From the NCBI GenBank assembly GCA_030295235.1, contig AP026126.1:1488001-1552000 (forward strand): DNA of 64,000 bases. Reading direction: 5' to 3'. The notes below the pieces were generated by a model. That model searched no databases, had not been told where the DNA came from, and worked only from the letters and a program-made list of their open reading frames with translations. Shown piece after piece: positions 36,991 through 52,495 of the stretch. Position 1 is the stretch's first letter. Each line of letters starts with the position of its first letter. This DNA is from Fistulifera solaris. Lineage: Eukaryota. A program made the position numbers and the translations under genes.

Positions 36991-37468
36991 TTCATAAGGT
37001 TTAATAGGGTATCGCCAATACCATAGACTACTGAAGATAAAAACGGTTCCCATTCACCGTGACAAGTTTATGCTTTCTTTTTGCACCATTAGATCTTACC
37101 AGCCGTGACTTGTGGATCCGTGTTCCGCGTGTAGTTTTATGACTTTTTCCCGAAAGAGTCTTTCTAAATGTTTACAGCTTATTGGGAGTTGTTAGTTGTT
37201 GGGAGTTAGGATTTCGGATTACCACAAGACTGAAGGAATAACGAGTCACGAGTCTTAAAATTAATGGCGAACGGCACTCAAAATTGGCACACAAGAACAA
37301 CAATTGTAGACTAAAAGCGAGTTTAACCGGTACTCAACGGGGACATATTTAACATCGAAACGTTTACACGTTTCACATTTTTCTCTCGCCATCGATCGCA
37401 ACTTGGAAGTGGATGGTGGTAATAACGCGAGGTGAATCAAAGAAGAGCAACGACGTTGCACAGTAAAT

Positions 37469-39120
37469 ATGATAAGAAGCGCTTTACTGCTACTTGCTGC
37501 GCTACTTCGGCCGTGTCCTGCGTCAAGAAGACTCCAACCTTTGGCAAGGGGCGGCGATGGACAAGAATCGGCGGAAGACATAAGGGTTAGCTATCTCGAA
37601 TCTAATGGCAGCAACAGCAATACAACCACTTCACTATATCAAAATACTTCGATCGTGCGAGAAGGCACTGTGAAAGCACAGTCGACGAAGTACGACGAAT
37701 CTTTGCCGATGATAATGTCCTAGAACGAGCGGAGCCAACGGTAACGCCAAATGGGGGAGGCGCCACGATTCGCCGGTCAGGTAATGCGACCTTCGACGGA
37801 AAATCCATTGTTAATAATACGGAGCAGATTGTTGGCGGAACAGCAACCGCTTTCGGGTCTTTTCCTTTCTTTGTACACGGTGCAAATCCAAACGACGATA
37901 GGAAAATATGCGGTGGGGTCTTGGTGCATCCAGACATATTTCTCACAGCTGCCAGCTGCCGAACTTTATTTTTCGAAGATAGCGAAGTCTTTATTGGAGC
38001 GACAAATTTACTCTCAACTCTCGGATTTGCGGAATCCAGGAAGATATTGGAGAAAAAAGCACATCCTGACTATGACTTCGTCAGCAGGGCGAACGATTTG
38101 ATGCTTATCAAGTTAGATTCAGCAAGCACACAAACCCCGGCAGACTTCAATAGAGTTGCAGACTTTCCAGTTACAGGCGAAAGTCTCGTGGTAGTCGGGT
38201 TTGGATGGACCAATGTCGCTGAAGAAGTATTGTCGCAGAGCCTCCAACAAGCAACTATCACTGTTGCAGATTTCGCACGGTGCGAAGCCACCAATAATGC
38301 TGCTGTATCAGCAGAGACGCAAATTTGTGCGGGACAACCCACAGGTGGGCCTGATTCATGGTAAGTACTGATCCACGACTATAGATGATTGTTTCGAGTA
38401 CAAGTAAATCTCACAGCTGTCGCTTCAAGCGATTTTGACACTGGTGGTCCAGTGTTGACGCAAGATGGAGGTTTTCTACATGGTATCAACTCGTTTGCTG
38501 TCGGCTGTGGATTTCCAGATTCCGAGGGTGTTTATACCCGTGTCAGTGCTTTTCAAGCGTTTATAGAGGATGGAATTTGTGAGTTGTCTACTGACCCTCC
38601 AGCATTTTGCTTGGAAGATCCAACGACTACACCTACCGTAGTGGGTAACATCCCAGCTCCTGCATTGACTCCAGCACCGACGCTTGCAGCTCCGCAATCA
38701 GGGCAGACTGTCTCACCATTTTCGCCATTGTCGCCAATATCCCCGGTGTCGCCAGTATCAACGCCCACACTATCCTTTTCCCCCACAATTCCATCAGCCC
38801 CTACGGCATTCGCGACTAAAAGTCCGACAAGAAGAGAACCAGGAAAAGATAAGGATAACGAGTGGAAATGGAAAGGCAGGCGTAAACGTCAAGGAAAGGG
38901 GGAAGGGTATAAAAAGGGAAAGCGCGGATCTGGAAAGAAATCGTCCAAGAGCGGGTCAGGAAAAAATCGTCGAAAAAATCATCTTGGTCTGATCGAAGTT
39001 CGGTTAAATATTGGTATCGCTACGCCATTTTCAAGTCCGTTAAAGGGCAATACCGTTACGAGCAACGCACTAATGGACAAAAGGTACAACGTAACATTTT
39101 TCAAATGGACCGCACTCTAG
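37469..39120 (+). CDS. Secreted trypsin-fold protein, probably catalytically inactive
   Basis: Signal peptide; IVGG at ~37828; CGG.LVHPDIFLTAASC, NDLMLIKL, GFGWT, ICAG; intron 38361-38429 gives CDFDTGGP; GVYTRVS; frameshifts in the 5' part. Confidence 0.85.
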
Positions 39121-39705
39121 GACGGTGACCAAGAGCTGGGTTAGAATCGCGCTCCTGTCGCGATTCTTAGGATCATTCCATCTATTACAATCGATGCTGA
39201 CAGCGACATATAGAGGATTCAAAAAACAGCTAGCATCCCCAATATTTTTCTACAACAAGATGTTCGAGACGACTCGCGCTGTCCATCCATTGGGGCCAAA
39301 AAAATGAATAATTTTTTACTGCCCAAAGGCGGGTGACGTCCCCTTCCCTTGCCACAGCGGCTAGAAAAGAGCGGCTGATTTTCCCATTGCCAGCATCGTT
39401 TAGCTTAAATTGACGGCAGCCGCCCTGCGTAGCCCATGTCCAAAGTATCGACGAAAGCTAAGCCCAAGAGAAAACCCAGCAGTGGCTTTTCATTTTGAAG
39501 TCTCGCATATCCTTTAATATGGATTGCCTGTTGAGAAGTAAATGGCTTCGACGTCATAAAAGATGCTTCATTTAGTAAGATGCGGGTGAAGAAAACAACT
39601 GAAGGGAAAATCGGAAGAATCTCTTCAAAATGCACGAGGGTGCAGATTTGTAGATTGTAATGGCATGAAGTAGCAGTTACAAACCATAGTTTGGGTAGCA
39701 TGGTC

Positions 39706-40935
39706 TCATTCCATATTTGACTCCATTCCATCCACACACCATTGCGTGATGTTCTTGGTGCCAATCTTGATATCATTACACAATTCCTGGAGAGGCATGA
39801 TCGAAAATGGTTCCTCGAGTTGAAACGCCAACTCCTCGATACCGAATAAGAAAATAGCAACGATTGCTGATATAGGAACGACAGTAATTCCGTGAGAAAG
39901 ATCGGCGAATTTTGCGTGTCGGCAAAATTAATCAAGGCTTCGTAGAGAGCCAAGGGTAGCAGAAGCATGTATAGACCCAAAAAGCGAGCAGTGTGTCGGG
40001 TATAGACCAGCGGAACCGGCCATGAGTAAATCTTTTCGCAAATACTGGTGCATTCGCCCAGCAAGATGATTGATTTATCCGTTTCAATTCGGGCCTTTTC
40101 CTCCATAGGGACTTTTTGCAATGCTACCGAAAGCTGTGCTAGGGCAGACATGTTTGGACTTGGTGAGTCGAGGATACGACGAGCAAGAAGACTATTATTT
40201 TCTTTGCAGGTCTCTAAAACTTCACGTTCAAAATCTTCTTTATCTGGAGGACCGGATAACTCATACATGAGAGTACGGGCGAATAGCCAAGTCGACAATT
40301 GCAATTGATCTAGTGCATCTCGAGTGGCTGGATTCGAGAGATCGGCAAGGGAAGCCGCCATGCGAGCAATATTTCGACATTGCGATACAACTCGAGCCCA
40401 CGTTGTTCGGGCTTCCATCCACCGAGAATACGAAGCGTTCGTTCGAAAGACCAGCAACAATCCCAGGGCAGGACTGGAAAGCATAAAGGGGAGCGACGGC
40501 ATTGACAAAAGCGGAAGCGCGACGGGGGCATTCGGTACAACAACACCATTCCAGAGCAAGACAGTTGTAGCCACTGCTGATACAAGCGCCACTTCCGGCC
40601 TTAATTGTCGAACTACTCCCGAGAATAACATTCCCTTCAAGTTCGTCCGAACTCGTTCCGAATTTCTATGACGTACCCAATCCTCATAGGTAAAAATAGT
40701 TCTGCGGTACTTGCGAGATTCTTCTCCGTAAGGGACACGCCCTGTTTCGAGAGTAACAGCCATCATAGAGCCTGGCTTGTAAGGAGGGCTCTTGACAATT
40801 CTGATCCGCCTTTGACTTCAAAGCATAGAGTGCATCTCCCCGCGCCTCACTACGTCGATCGTTCGATGTGAACGCATCTACGGGTCTTTGAAGCCATAAT
40901 AGAGCGAGGACCAAGAAGCTCGACGACAGGACCAT
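39706..40935 (-). CDS. Plastid bestrophin-like anion channel (BST/UPF0187)
   Basis: Presequence ...VDA-FTS; YGEESRKYRRT..T..DWVRHR, LGLLLVFRTNASYSRW, PVPLVYTRHTARFL; after a frameshift FGIEELAFQLEEPFSI...stop 39706. Confidence 0.9.
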
Positions 40936-41137
40936 TTTACTGTTTTATGATATCCCTAACAAATGAATGCACAAACGGAGTGCTAGGTAAAGAGGACGCA
41001 ATTGATGACATCAATGTGACGGAGCGAGGTTGAATTTGAGAAAGAAAATTGAGGACGTATGCCGTAGGCGTAGGCCCACGTGCCATGTGCATGCGTCGTA
41101 GTTCGGACGAGTGAGTCACGGGTGCGATTCTTCGTCG

Positions 41138-41193
41138 TTCATGACTGACATCCAGTCGTGGCGAAAAGTCGCTTACACTTTCGCATATAGTAA
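41138..41193. repeat. 56-bp two-hairpin dispersed element, copy 2
   Basis: 51/56 identical to 8085-8140. Confidence 0.85.
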
Positions 41194-41397
41194 GCAATTT
41201 AGAGACAATGGGCCGTTGGCCTGCTGTCAGGCTGCACTTTGTGATACTCTCGTGGTGAACTGGTACTCAGCGGTTGATGGATGATGATGATGATTTCTTC
41301 CGCTGAAAGAAAATGAGATGAAGAATCTTTAAAAACATGTCAGATCGAATCTATTGAAGAAACATCCAACCAGCACCTTACTTTATTAAATACCAGA

Positions 41398-42546
41398 ATG
41401 AAATCTGCAAATCCTTTCGTATTTATTTGCTTAGTATGGTTGATACAACGATTCTGCGAGGGATTTCTCTCGACGTGCGATCGACACCGGTTCAAAGAAC
41501 ACATTCGGTCACAAACTGACATCCATCAAACCATCGGAGGGAGAAGATGGTCACCTTCACAAACCTCTGACGAATACTTTCTGTGGGAGTCGACAAACAA
41601 AACACAGGTGGCTAGTCAAGCGACTAATTCTGTTGCCTTCGCTGCCGGATGTCTGTTTGTTGTATTTGTTCCGATCATGCAATCAGTCGACATTGACCCC
41701 CGATACTTCCTTGCGGGAGGCATTTGTGCAGCCGCTAGTCACGGTTTGATGGTACCTGTGGACGTTATCAAAACGAGAATTCAAGCTTCGCCTCTGGATT
41801 ACAGGGATGGATTTTGGCGTGCCACCAAGACGATTCTCGAAAACGAAGGTGGTGCCGTTTTACTGCGTGGCCTGAGTCCTACTGTAGTCGGATACGGCAT
41901 CGAAGGGGCGACCAAGTTCGGATTGTACGAATCATTGAAACCAATTTTGGCGGCGTGTATTCCAACGGAGAGTACCACAGCCCCCTTATTACTTGGGAGT
42001 CTATTGGCAGGAGGCATTGCGAGTCTCATATTGTGCCCATTGGAACGAATACGGATACGGTTGGTAACGGATGAGGACTACCGAGAAAAGAATCTACTGT
42101 CAGGACTGTTATCGATTGTCGAAAAGGAGGGCTTACTCTCGTTATTTAGAGGAGGATTCGCCGCCATGTTATCAAAGCAAGTTCCTTACACCGTTGGAAA
42201 GCAAGTGTCGTTCGATCTTTTTGCAGCATCACTCTACAGCTCACTGGCCTCTAAAGGTTGCGATGCTGTCATCATAGCCGCATCCGGGGCGTCTATTGTC
42301 GCGTGTTTACTCAGTCAGCCCGGAGATGTACTGCTGACGCAAACATACCAAGATCGTTCACGAGCAGATACGATCCCGAGTTTATCAGAAACTGCTCGTT
42401 CAATATGGGTGCAACAAGGTCCATGCGGTTTCTTATCCGGCTTGTCCGCGCGCTTTTTACATGTTGGCTTTATCGTGCAAATACAACTCGTTTTATACGA
42501 CTTGGTCAAACAGACGCTGGGCCTACCAGCCACCGGATCAGCTTAA
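41398..42546 (+). CDS. Mitochondrial-carrier-family phosphate-carrier-like protein with N-terminal extension
   Basis: AGGICAAASHG..VPVDVIKTRIQ, GYGIEGATKFGLYE, CPLERIRIR, KQVPYT, SQPGD. Confidence 0.88.
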   Translation: MKSANPFVFICLVWLIQRFCEGFLSTCDRHRFKEHIRSQTDIHQTIGGRRWSPSQTSDEYFLWESTNKTQVASQATNSVAFAAGCLFVVFVPIMQSVDIDPRYFLAGGICAAASHGLMVPVDVIKTRIQASPLDYRDGFWRATKTILENEGGAVLLRGLSPTVVGYGIEGATKFGLYESLKPILAACIPTESTTAPLLLGSLLAGGIASLILCPLERIRIRLVTDEDYREKNLLSGLLSIVEKEGLLSLFRGGFAAMLSKQVPYTVGKQVSFDLFAASLYSSLASKGCDAVIIAASGASIVACLLSQPGDVLLTQTYQDRSRADTIPSLSETARSIWVQQGPCGFLSGLSARFLHVGFIVQIQLVLYDLVKQTLGLPATGSA

Positions 42547-42809
42547 AATTCATACTTCGAGTAAACTAGTAGCCTTCGCATGGCCTCTCAATTTTCGCTG
42601 TTTCAGAGGTAGTTTAATTCTCTTTCATTCGTTAAACATAGCCAACCGACACCGGCACGATTCATTGCCGGTTGCAGAGAGACTCAATCCCGACAACCTA
42701 TCCCTACAACTATGCGGCGGGCTTGTCGACAAGCCTCAAATTATGCGGGATGAATGTGTACCTGTAGACTGTTGATTCGCGAATTCGCATGCCATGATTG
42801 TCATGTATT

Positions 42810-43604
42810 CTATCGTAGGGCGGTGCCAAAAATGCGGTACAGTTCCACTTCTTGAGGGGCCTCGAATGAAAGAGAAATTTTCTCCACTTTTTCAACTAGC
42901 GGCGATGAAGCCATCCGCTCCAAGTACTTCGCGATTCCATCGAAAGTACGTCGTTCCACAACCGTCAGCATGAATGTGGCGGAACGCTTCCTTAGGAAAG
43001 CTTCCTGACATTCCGCTAAGTACTTCCAACTATCCCCGTATAGCGGCTCAAAGATACAATCACAGTTGAATACAACATCGAATGCACCATGATGATCCAT
43101 CAACTTCTCAACTTCTTCCGCTGACCAGTCCAGTGCTTCAACTTCTAGCGGTAAGTCTGGACGAGTTTCGAGCAGCGATTTACAATTCGTTTCGAGCTGC
43201 GAAAGTAGGTCGTCTTGGTCGGTCAAGACAACTTTGCAGTTCCGTGCCATAGCCAAAATCATTCCCGGTACACCCAAGCCGCAACCCAATTCTACAACGT
43301 TTGTTGTCTTTTTCCATTCAATAGGCGCTTCCTCGCTCAACAGATACTGCAGGCCCACGACTGCGGCTCGCCAAAGACGAGTCCCCGCCCATTGTGTTCC
43401 GTGAAATAAGGGCGCAATAGCTTGTTCAGATAATTTAGTGGTGAGTTCGAACGGTTCTAGATCCGGCCATTTGACGCGCAAGCCAATTTCCAAGCCCGTC
43501 CGCGAGCGAATCGACTCAACGTAATCGCAGTATTCGTCTTCTTCCTCCGCATCATCGATGTCTGCCTGATCTCCATCGTCTTCCACATTTTTGCTTATAT
43601 CCAT
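42810..43604 (-). CDS. METTL21/Methyltransf_16 lysine methyltransferase
   Basis: WAGTRLWRAA, VVELGCGLGVPG, LTDQ, LDW, DCIF. Confidence 0.88.
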   Translation of the reverse strand: MDISKNVEDDGDQADIDDAEEEDEYCDYVESIRSRTGLEIGLRVKWPDLEPFELTTKLSEQAIAPLFHGTQWAGTRLWRAAVVGLQYLLSEEAPIEWKKTTNVVELGCGLGVPGMILAMARNCKVVLTDQDDLLSQLETNCKSLLETRPDLPLEVEALDWSAEEVEKLMDHHGAFDVVFNCDCIFEPLYGDSWKYLAECQEAFLRKRSATFMLTVVERRTFDGIAKYLERMASSPLVEKVEKISLSFEAPQEVELYRIFGTALR

Positions 43605-43867
43605 GACTCCGTCTTATTGTTGCTTCTTTTAAGCTGTAAGTAAACTGTCGTCGTTATTCTTGATTACTCCGGAGTAATTGCTATTGATGGGGTGCTTTCT
43701 GGTTTATTCGGCGGGTTGCCAAATCATACGGATGGAGGGACGTGACCATGACGTCGGCTACTAGAGGGCCGTTTGCTCTGTTTGCAACGAACTCAACGAC
43801 ACGCAACACAACAACTCATGTAGCACATAAACTAAGTCGTTTCAATATTATAACACTTCTATGCTTT

Positions 43868-46800
43868 CTATACTTCCGAGTCAAAGTCGTATGCATCACC
43901 GACAGGACCAGCTTCCCGAGTATCGTCAAGAAGGGAATGCGGAAATGAGATACTAGTCGGTAACCGCGATCTTCCGCTCGTTTCCGAGTCGTCGTCTCGG
44001 GAAGCAACTTCGCTATGAATGTATTGTCGTCTCGATGAACCCCACAAGCTAACGGTGCTAGAGCTTTGAGATTGTCCCCTCATTGCGGCTCTCGTCTTGT
44101 TATTGATGTAACTCGACCTTTCTGGCTCCGATTCATCACTATCTAGGACATTAGCGTCGGAAGACGATTCACTGTCATGGCGTCGAGTCAATGTAGAAGT
44201 TCCACGGCAACCGATGTTGCCGCTCTGTTCGCGCGTGCTTTCATTCCTCATTTCCTCTTCGTCTGCCTCGTCTCTCGACATGATAATTCTATCGCAATCA
44301 ATTTCTTCTTCTTCGGGCCTTTCTTCTTCATTCCCCTCTGCTTCGACCCAGTTGACGTCTTCGGCTAAAGCATATGCACGAAGAGTGGTATGTTGGAGAT
44401 CGATTGCGTCTTGAAGTATACGGTCTTCAAGATCTCCGAGGCGAAGAACCAGCTTTCTTGTATCGCTGGCTGTATTGTAGCCATTTCTTGACCATTCCCA
44501 TTGTATATAGTCTTCTGATTTGTGGGAAAATACCCTCGCATGGAGTTCCAAGAGTTCATGCATCTTTTTATTCAGAAGAGATGTTTGTTTCGCTTGTTGT
44601 GCAATGTCGACACGTAGTCTTAATGTACTCGCATCCTCGTAAAAACCGCGTTCAAGTTGACTCGATATTTCACTCCAGATTCGACCTCCTTCGTCAAAGA
44701 TACGCTTTGGTTCCAAAATGTCGTCAGTCTCTAATCGCGGCGGTTTCTGAATAGCCAATTGGTCGAAAAAGCATGTGTATCTTGGCTTAGGGAACAGCTC
44801 CTCTCTCTTCGTGCCGGATAGGAAAACACTAACAGAATCCATTGCGGGTAAAGTTTGTCGTAACTCATCAGAATCAGAACTATCATCACGGGGGATCAGC
44901 GCCTCTTTGTTGCTGGCCGAACAGGATGAGTGGAACGACCCGGCGAAGTGTGGCTGGGGAAAATTGAGCGCCTCTTCGCTTTCTGAATCCGTGCTGCTGT
45001 GTTGCGAAGCTGCCCAAGTGCTTTCTTTCAATTTATAGGAGGAGACACCGGAACCACCTTGTCTTGCGTCTCCAGTTGTTCTAAGCACATCCATTTCTAA
45101 CTGATCTGCACTGGTAACTGGGCGGTCTTTCAGAACTCCGCCATCTATGCGATGCTGCCCAACAAAGCCCTTCATATCTCCCGTACTCCACAACACCCTG
45201 TCGGCAGCCGACTTCATTGCCCGAAGTCCATTGTAAGAACGATCGCTGTCTCTCATTTCCAGCAGCATCTTGAGGATAGATAACTCAATATTCCATTCTG
45301 TAGTGCCGTTCTTTGGCTTGTTCGACAGTCGTAGTTTATTTTTACTTGCCGCAATGAATTGTACAAGTTCATCTGCTGTACTTGACGAGGCTTCCGATAT
45401 TGAGATGTCTCCCTTCGGTGAAATTGCGCTGTAATACGCCCCAGCTTCCTTCGCGGCATCAATCCATTTTGGTGGAATTGCAGCTACGCTACCGTCAAGC
45501 AAAATTGAGACCATGATGGAGAAGGCTTTTTCTCCGCGAAGTTGGAGCATGCCAATCAGCATCAAAGGCAGAAGCTTTGTCACCAAATTTACCGAGTTGT
45601 TGAGAACAACTGGGTACTTATCGGTATCCTTTGATAGCACTGGAATACCGGTTAATTCGTCAATTAGGTATAAATACGCTTCCCCAGGCTCATAGAGCGA
45701 CAAAAGAATCTTTTCGTTTTCCTTTACCGTCTCGTATGCCTTCAATCGAATTGGGTTTTCATCGACACCGTACAGGGATTCGCCGTAATACTGAATTGAT
45801 TTCGTGTCAAGATAATAGAGTAAAGATCGAGGGTCTGTCATTTCGAGCAAATGATCAGCAAATTGTAGAGCCACATCCACAGAGTTCGGAGACTCGACGC
45901 CAAGAGCTCCTCCTTCGTTCACTGAAAGCCTATAGGGAAGGACAATAAACGAGGTTGGAAATGAAATTTCATTCACATCGAAAATGAGTCTGCATAGATG
46001 GTTCAATGTCCCCTTCTCACTAAAAGACTGTCGAATAATTTGTCTGTCATTCCATACACTTAATACCGAAGACGAAACTGGTCTTGAATTCATTCTATCT
46101 GACTTCTTTTGACTTTCGTCAATGAGTGATGTGTTATTTTCCGAAAGCCTATCGAGTCTTTTCTGTAAAACGGTGATGCAATGGCAGCAAGCAATATCAA
46201 TCACGCACTCTCCTTTTTCATTTTTCAAGGAGATGAGATACTTTAACGTTTCATGGTCAAGGGCGTTGGCGATTCTCTTCACACTGTTTAAGTAAGTTAC
46301 GGCCCCAGTCTTTTCCTCGGAGAATGTGCACATCCATATCCAAATGCGTTCACTTGCGTAGCTCATGCATCCCTTTTGGTTTTGAACTGCCTGTTTCGCT
46401 TCATGCTCTATCCGGGCTTCAAGACGCCGTATCCTTGATTTCTCATAGCGATACGGACTTATTGGGTTGAATGCAAATAGGAGATCGGACCTTCGTATGC
46501 AGTCTTCCATATCTTGTTTATTTGACTGCTGCGATGCCGACCACGAAAGCTCACTGTTAGTAGTTGTCCTTTGCGTTTCCCATTTTGGAAAATCTGTCGA
46601 TAATAGGTCATGCAGCTCCAATGGCGTTACATGATTCGGTACGAAGGTTTTCATTTCTCCGAGGTCACATTTGATTGACGCTGCCTGTGGGTAGGCTTTC
46701 AACACAACCCGAAGCGTTTTTACAGATGCAGTGAAGATGGATGCGATATGAAGCGGAAAAATCTTTCCAACACTTCCCGGTAGTCTACACAACGGAGGAC

Positions 46801-48711
46801 TGACAATCATCGGTTCCAAAACAAACTCAACGCTCTCAGACATTAGTTGGTAGAGATAGGTAATTGCTACCGCTGTCTTTGAGTTGCTCCGCTGATCTTT
46901 TGCCGCTTCCTCGTAGACTGCTTCATACCATTGAGCCTCCCAGCACATGAATGCACGAGCAAGCAGATGTACTGGAAGGTCTCCAGCAGCGTCTCGGCAC
47001 AGACATGCGTCGGAATACAGATTTTTGACATAAAATACAATATCCCTGAAACTGCCCACATCTTGCAAAAGTAAACGCATCCTTTCCCTTACCGGTATTG
47101 CTGACCTATCAGGAAACTGCCTGTCGCATAGCACATGAAGAGGTAGCCGTTTATCGTGATGCCTTCTAATCTGAATATATTCTGGATTGAAGCTCAAGAA
47201 ATTTCGGATGTGGTCAACTGATGCGTTAGCGTTTGCAAGAACTGTGAATAAATCTTCAATCGTTCCTGTATCACTCAAAAAATCAAGGTTCTTCTCATCA
47301 CTTAAACCAGCTGCGCTGTTGTAAAAGTCGAACGCAATACTTCCAAACGCAGACACTGCTGCGGACAACCAATCACTGGAGAGTCTAGAGTACGACTGGC
47401 CTTTATCCGGTCCCTCGTTTTGAGCGCTTACTTGCGATTGAGTTCCCTGGGAGTCCTTTTGGTTAAGTTTGTCGGAACCAACATCCAAACCTGCCCTAGA
47501 AAAGTTTCCCATCACACCACTTCCTATGCGACTTAAAGCATTACCACCATCCAGAATGACCTCACTAGCTGCACCAAATACGTCGCTCCCTGCTGTGAAA
47601 AGCATGTCCATTCCACTAAATGGGTTGCTGATTTCACCGTCCACGGTATTGTAGGCCGGTTTATCGCCCTGGCTATCCTCCTTTTTCTTAACTTCATTAG
47701 ATGTGGTTTCAGAATTTTTAACTTCATCTTGTTGACGCCCCAAGCCAAAACCCAAATCCATACTCTCAAAAGACCCCAAAAAGTCTGGAAAAGTCTTTTC
47801 CAGTGCATTGTCCAAAGCATTGTGAGCGATTGCGTAGGTATCTGTGCATAAATTATAGTCATTCAGTGCTCCTTGCTGATTGGTATCTGCTGCGTCATCA
47901 TCTGATTCGTCGGTTGACGTTATCTCAGGCAAATACTTTCGAGTCGACGGCGAAGTAACAAATAGCATCTTGACTCCCCCAGGATCTCTTTCACACTTTG
48001 CGGAAGAAATCGAAGAGTAAGCATAGCTGTAGCCATCACTGCAGGATCCGCTTATGTCTTCTTCTTTGGTGTCACTGTCACTCCCCTCAATATCTCCAAG
48101 TAAATTCATCGGTGTCAATACGTCTGGAAACTCGATTTTGTCTGAATCCTCTTCATCCAACTCGCTTTGACCAAAACGAAGTTTTGAGTCAGAGCTGTTA
48201 AATTGAAAACCCTCCATTTCTTAACGATCTTGCTTGACTTATGAGGTGCCCGCTTTCTTTGCTTCTGCTCAATTCGCAATGATGACGTTTTCGATGCGCA
48301 GACCGATCGTGCGCTCGACCCCGACGAAAATGATCTTGGTTCATTATCTTCGTAAATATTCTTCAGCTCATTGTTGTAAAAGTTGTAACTTAACGCTGAC
48401 CTTGAATGTAAAATCTCCATTTCTTGCTGTTGCCTTTTCTCTAACTTTTCCTTTCTTTGTTTCGCGGTTTGGGGAAGCAGTCTCCACTTTTTCTTGTCTC
48501 GGTTCTCCTGCATTTTACGGTATCGCTTCGCAGCCCTTTTAGCGGCATGCTTCGAAGCTTTTACACCAACTCCCGCCGCATGATATATGACCTCAAAGCC
48601 GAGACTGGGGAGCTCTTCACGAAGCGGCAGTTTCGGAGGAGTGTCGGTGAGCAGGGTCGCACAGATGTCCACATCATAAAATCTGCGGCTTTGGTCTTTT
48701 CCGGAGTCCAT
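43868..48711 (-). CDS. Large hypothetical protein with ankyrin-like motifs
   Basis: 1449-aa ORF, probably extended by the overlapping 48115-48711 ORF through a frameshift; LPLHVLC, GDLPVHLLA, FPLHIA motifs; C-terminal coiled coil. Confidence 0.7.
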
Positions 48712-49191
48712 TGTGTGGCCTGATCGTCCTATTTGGCGTTCTTTTAGTGATATCAGCAGATTGTTTGCACAGAATAGCGATCACCACAAGGTTCATGACG
48801 ATGAAAAGATAAGACGAGATCGACCATGTTATTTCGGTTGAGTAAACATGGAGTGAGATAGTGATTAAGTTAGGGCACGACCGGCGTGCTCATCTCATAT
48901 GTGACCATTCGCCAACCAGTTTTTGAAAGACTGTGCAATTTTGATATTATGGGAAAGTCATATCTAAGTAAGCGAATTATTCATCTAAGTAGGTAAGAAT
49001 ACCTAATAAAAAAATCAATCGTTGAGAAAAGACTATACAAACAGAATTGGTTTTTCTTGTAGTAGTACCAGTTGGGTGATACCAAATACCCGGGAGTACC
49101 AGGTAACCAGATACCGGTACGGTACCAGATTGCTGGTGCAAATGGGAACAAGGACAGTCAACCTCATTCTTTCATTGCACAACCACTCTCT

Positions 49192-51178
<1,987 letters not shown>

Positions 51179-51743
51179 AGAGAAAAAACACTAATAGGGC
51201 AAATAGATGGATTTCTTGTTTGCCTTTATTGTCAAGGTATGGAACGAACTTTTTTTCTCTACTTTGTAAGCTCTGATGTGTTTCTCTCGTGTCCCCACTC
51301 GGCACTAATCCCACTCGTCACTAACGCACGAAAGCCGGACATACCAGTGCGACGGAAGATCGGTATTCAGTATTATTTCATTGAGACATTCCAGTCGTCA
51401 GACATTAAATCACGAAAGGTGGAAGTGATGACGCATGCTGACACGATTTAACTGTACAAAAATGAGGGGGAGTTTCTTTTTTCTACTAGTATTTACGCGG
51501 TGCAATCTCGCGAAGATAACTACTCCGGGGTACTTGATTGCGACGACGCGAGATACCGGAGGTGCAAAAATGCGAATGAAAATGCAAGTTAGTTAGTTTT
51601 AATCATTTTTACCACGATTGTAAAAAGGAGTGCACATTCTAGAGTACTATCCACATAAATTGTCGACGCGAATACTTTACGAAGATTCTTCAATGCTTTT
51701 CGCAGTCGCCGATTAGCTCTTCGACGCAATACAAAGCAACACG

Positions 51744-52495
51744 ATGTTCAACACAGACTACGAAGGAAAGACTGTGTGCGACACGTCGGGCAACCCATCC
51801 GTGCGTTTAATGAAAGGGCCTCTGGGTTTTAGTCTTTGGACCGCCGACAACGAGAACACGGGTGATTTTCCCTCTACCAACGATGATGACAACCTAGTCT
51901 TCGGTCGCAAATGTGACTGTTCTCCTATCGGCAACATGTACTGCCCAAATGAAGCCCCGACCTGCCACATCTCTCCTTTGTTGTCCAATTCATCACAATT
52001 TAGCATAAGTTGTGTTGAAGAGCAACCATCTTATATCAAATATGTCTTCCCCATCATGCTACTCATGTACACGGGACTTTGGGCGTATTGTTTTTCATCG
52101 TTGGGGTCGCGTGCCAGACGCGCTTGAAACCTTTCCTCGTGCCCTGTAATCCGGCACGCATCGAACGAATGACCACAGCCGAACTAAGTCGAAGAGATCG
52201 AGAAGATCGACAGCGACAGATCACATCACGGTTAGACGCAACTCATCATTCGGCATTGAAAATACCAGTCTTTTTGAAAACAAAAAAGTACAATCATTCT
52301 GATTCGATTACTTGTTCAATATGTTTGCAAGATTTCCAGCAGGGAGACCGTATCGGAGATTTACCGTGTAAACATCCGTTCCACGTGAATTGTTTAAAGG
52401 AATGGATTCAATTGAAGAATCACTGCCCATTGTGCAAAGTGACAAACTTGGCGACTCGAGAACAATCCGAAGACCAACAAGGCGATGGCGTTTAG
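51744..52495 (+). CDS. Membrane RING-H2 E3 ligase, copy 1 (5' end uncertain)
   Basis: Cys-rich region, TM, CSICL...LPCKHPFHVNCLKEW....NHCPLCK; two ORFs joined by a frameshift at ~52100. Confidence 0.82.
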
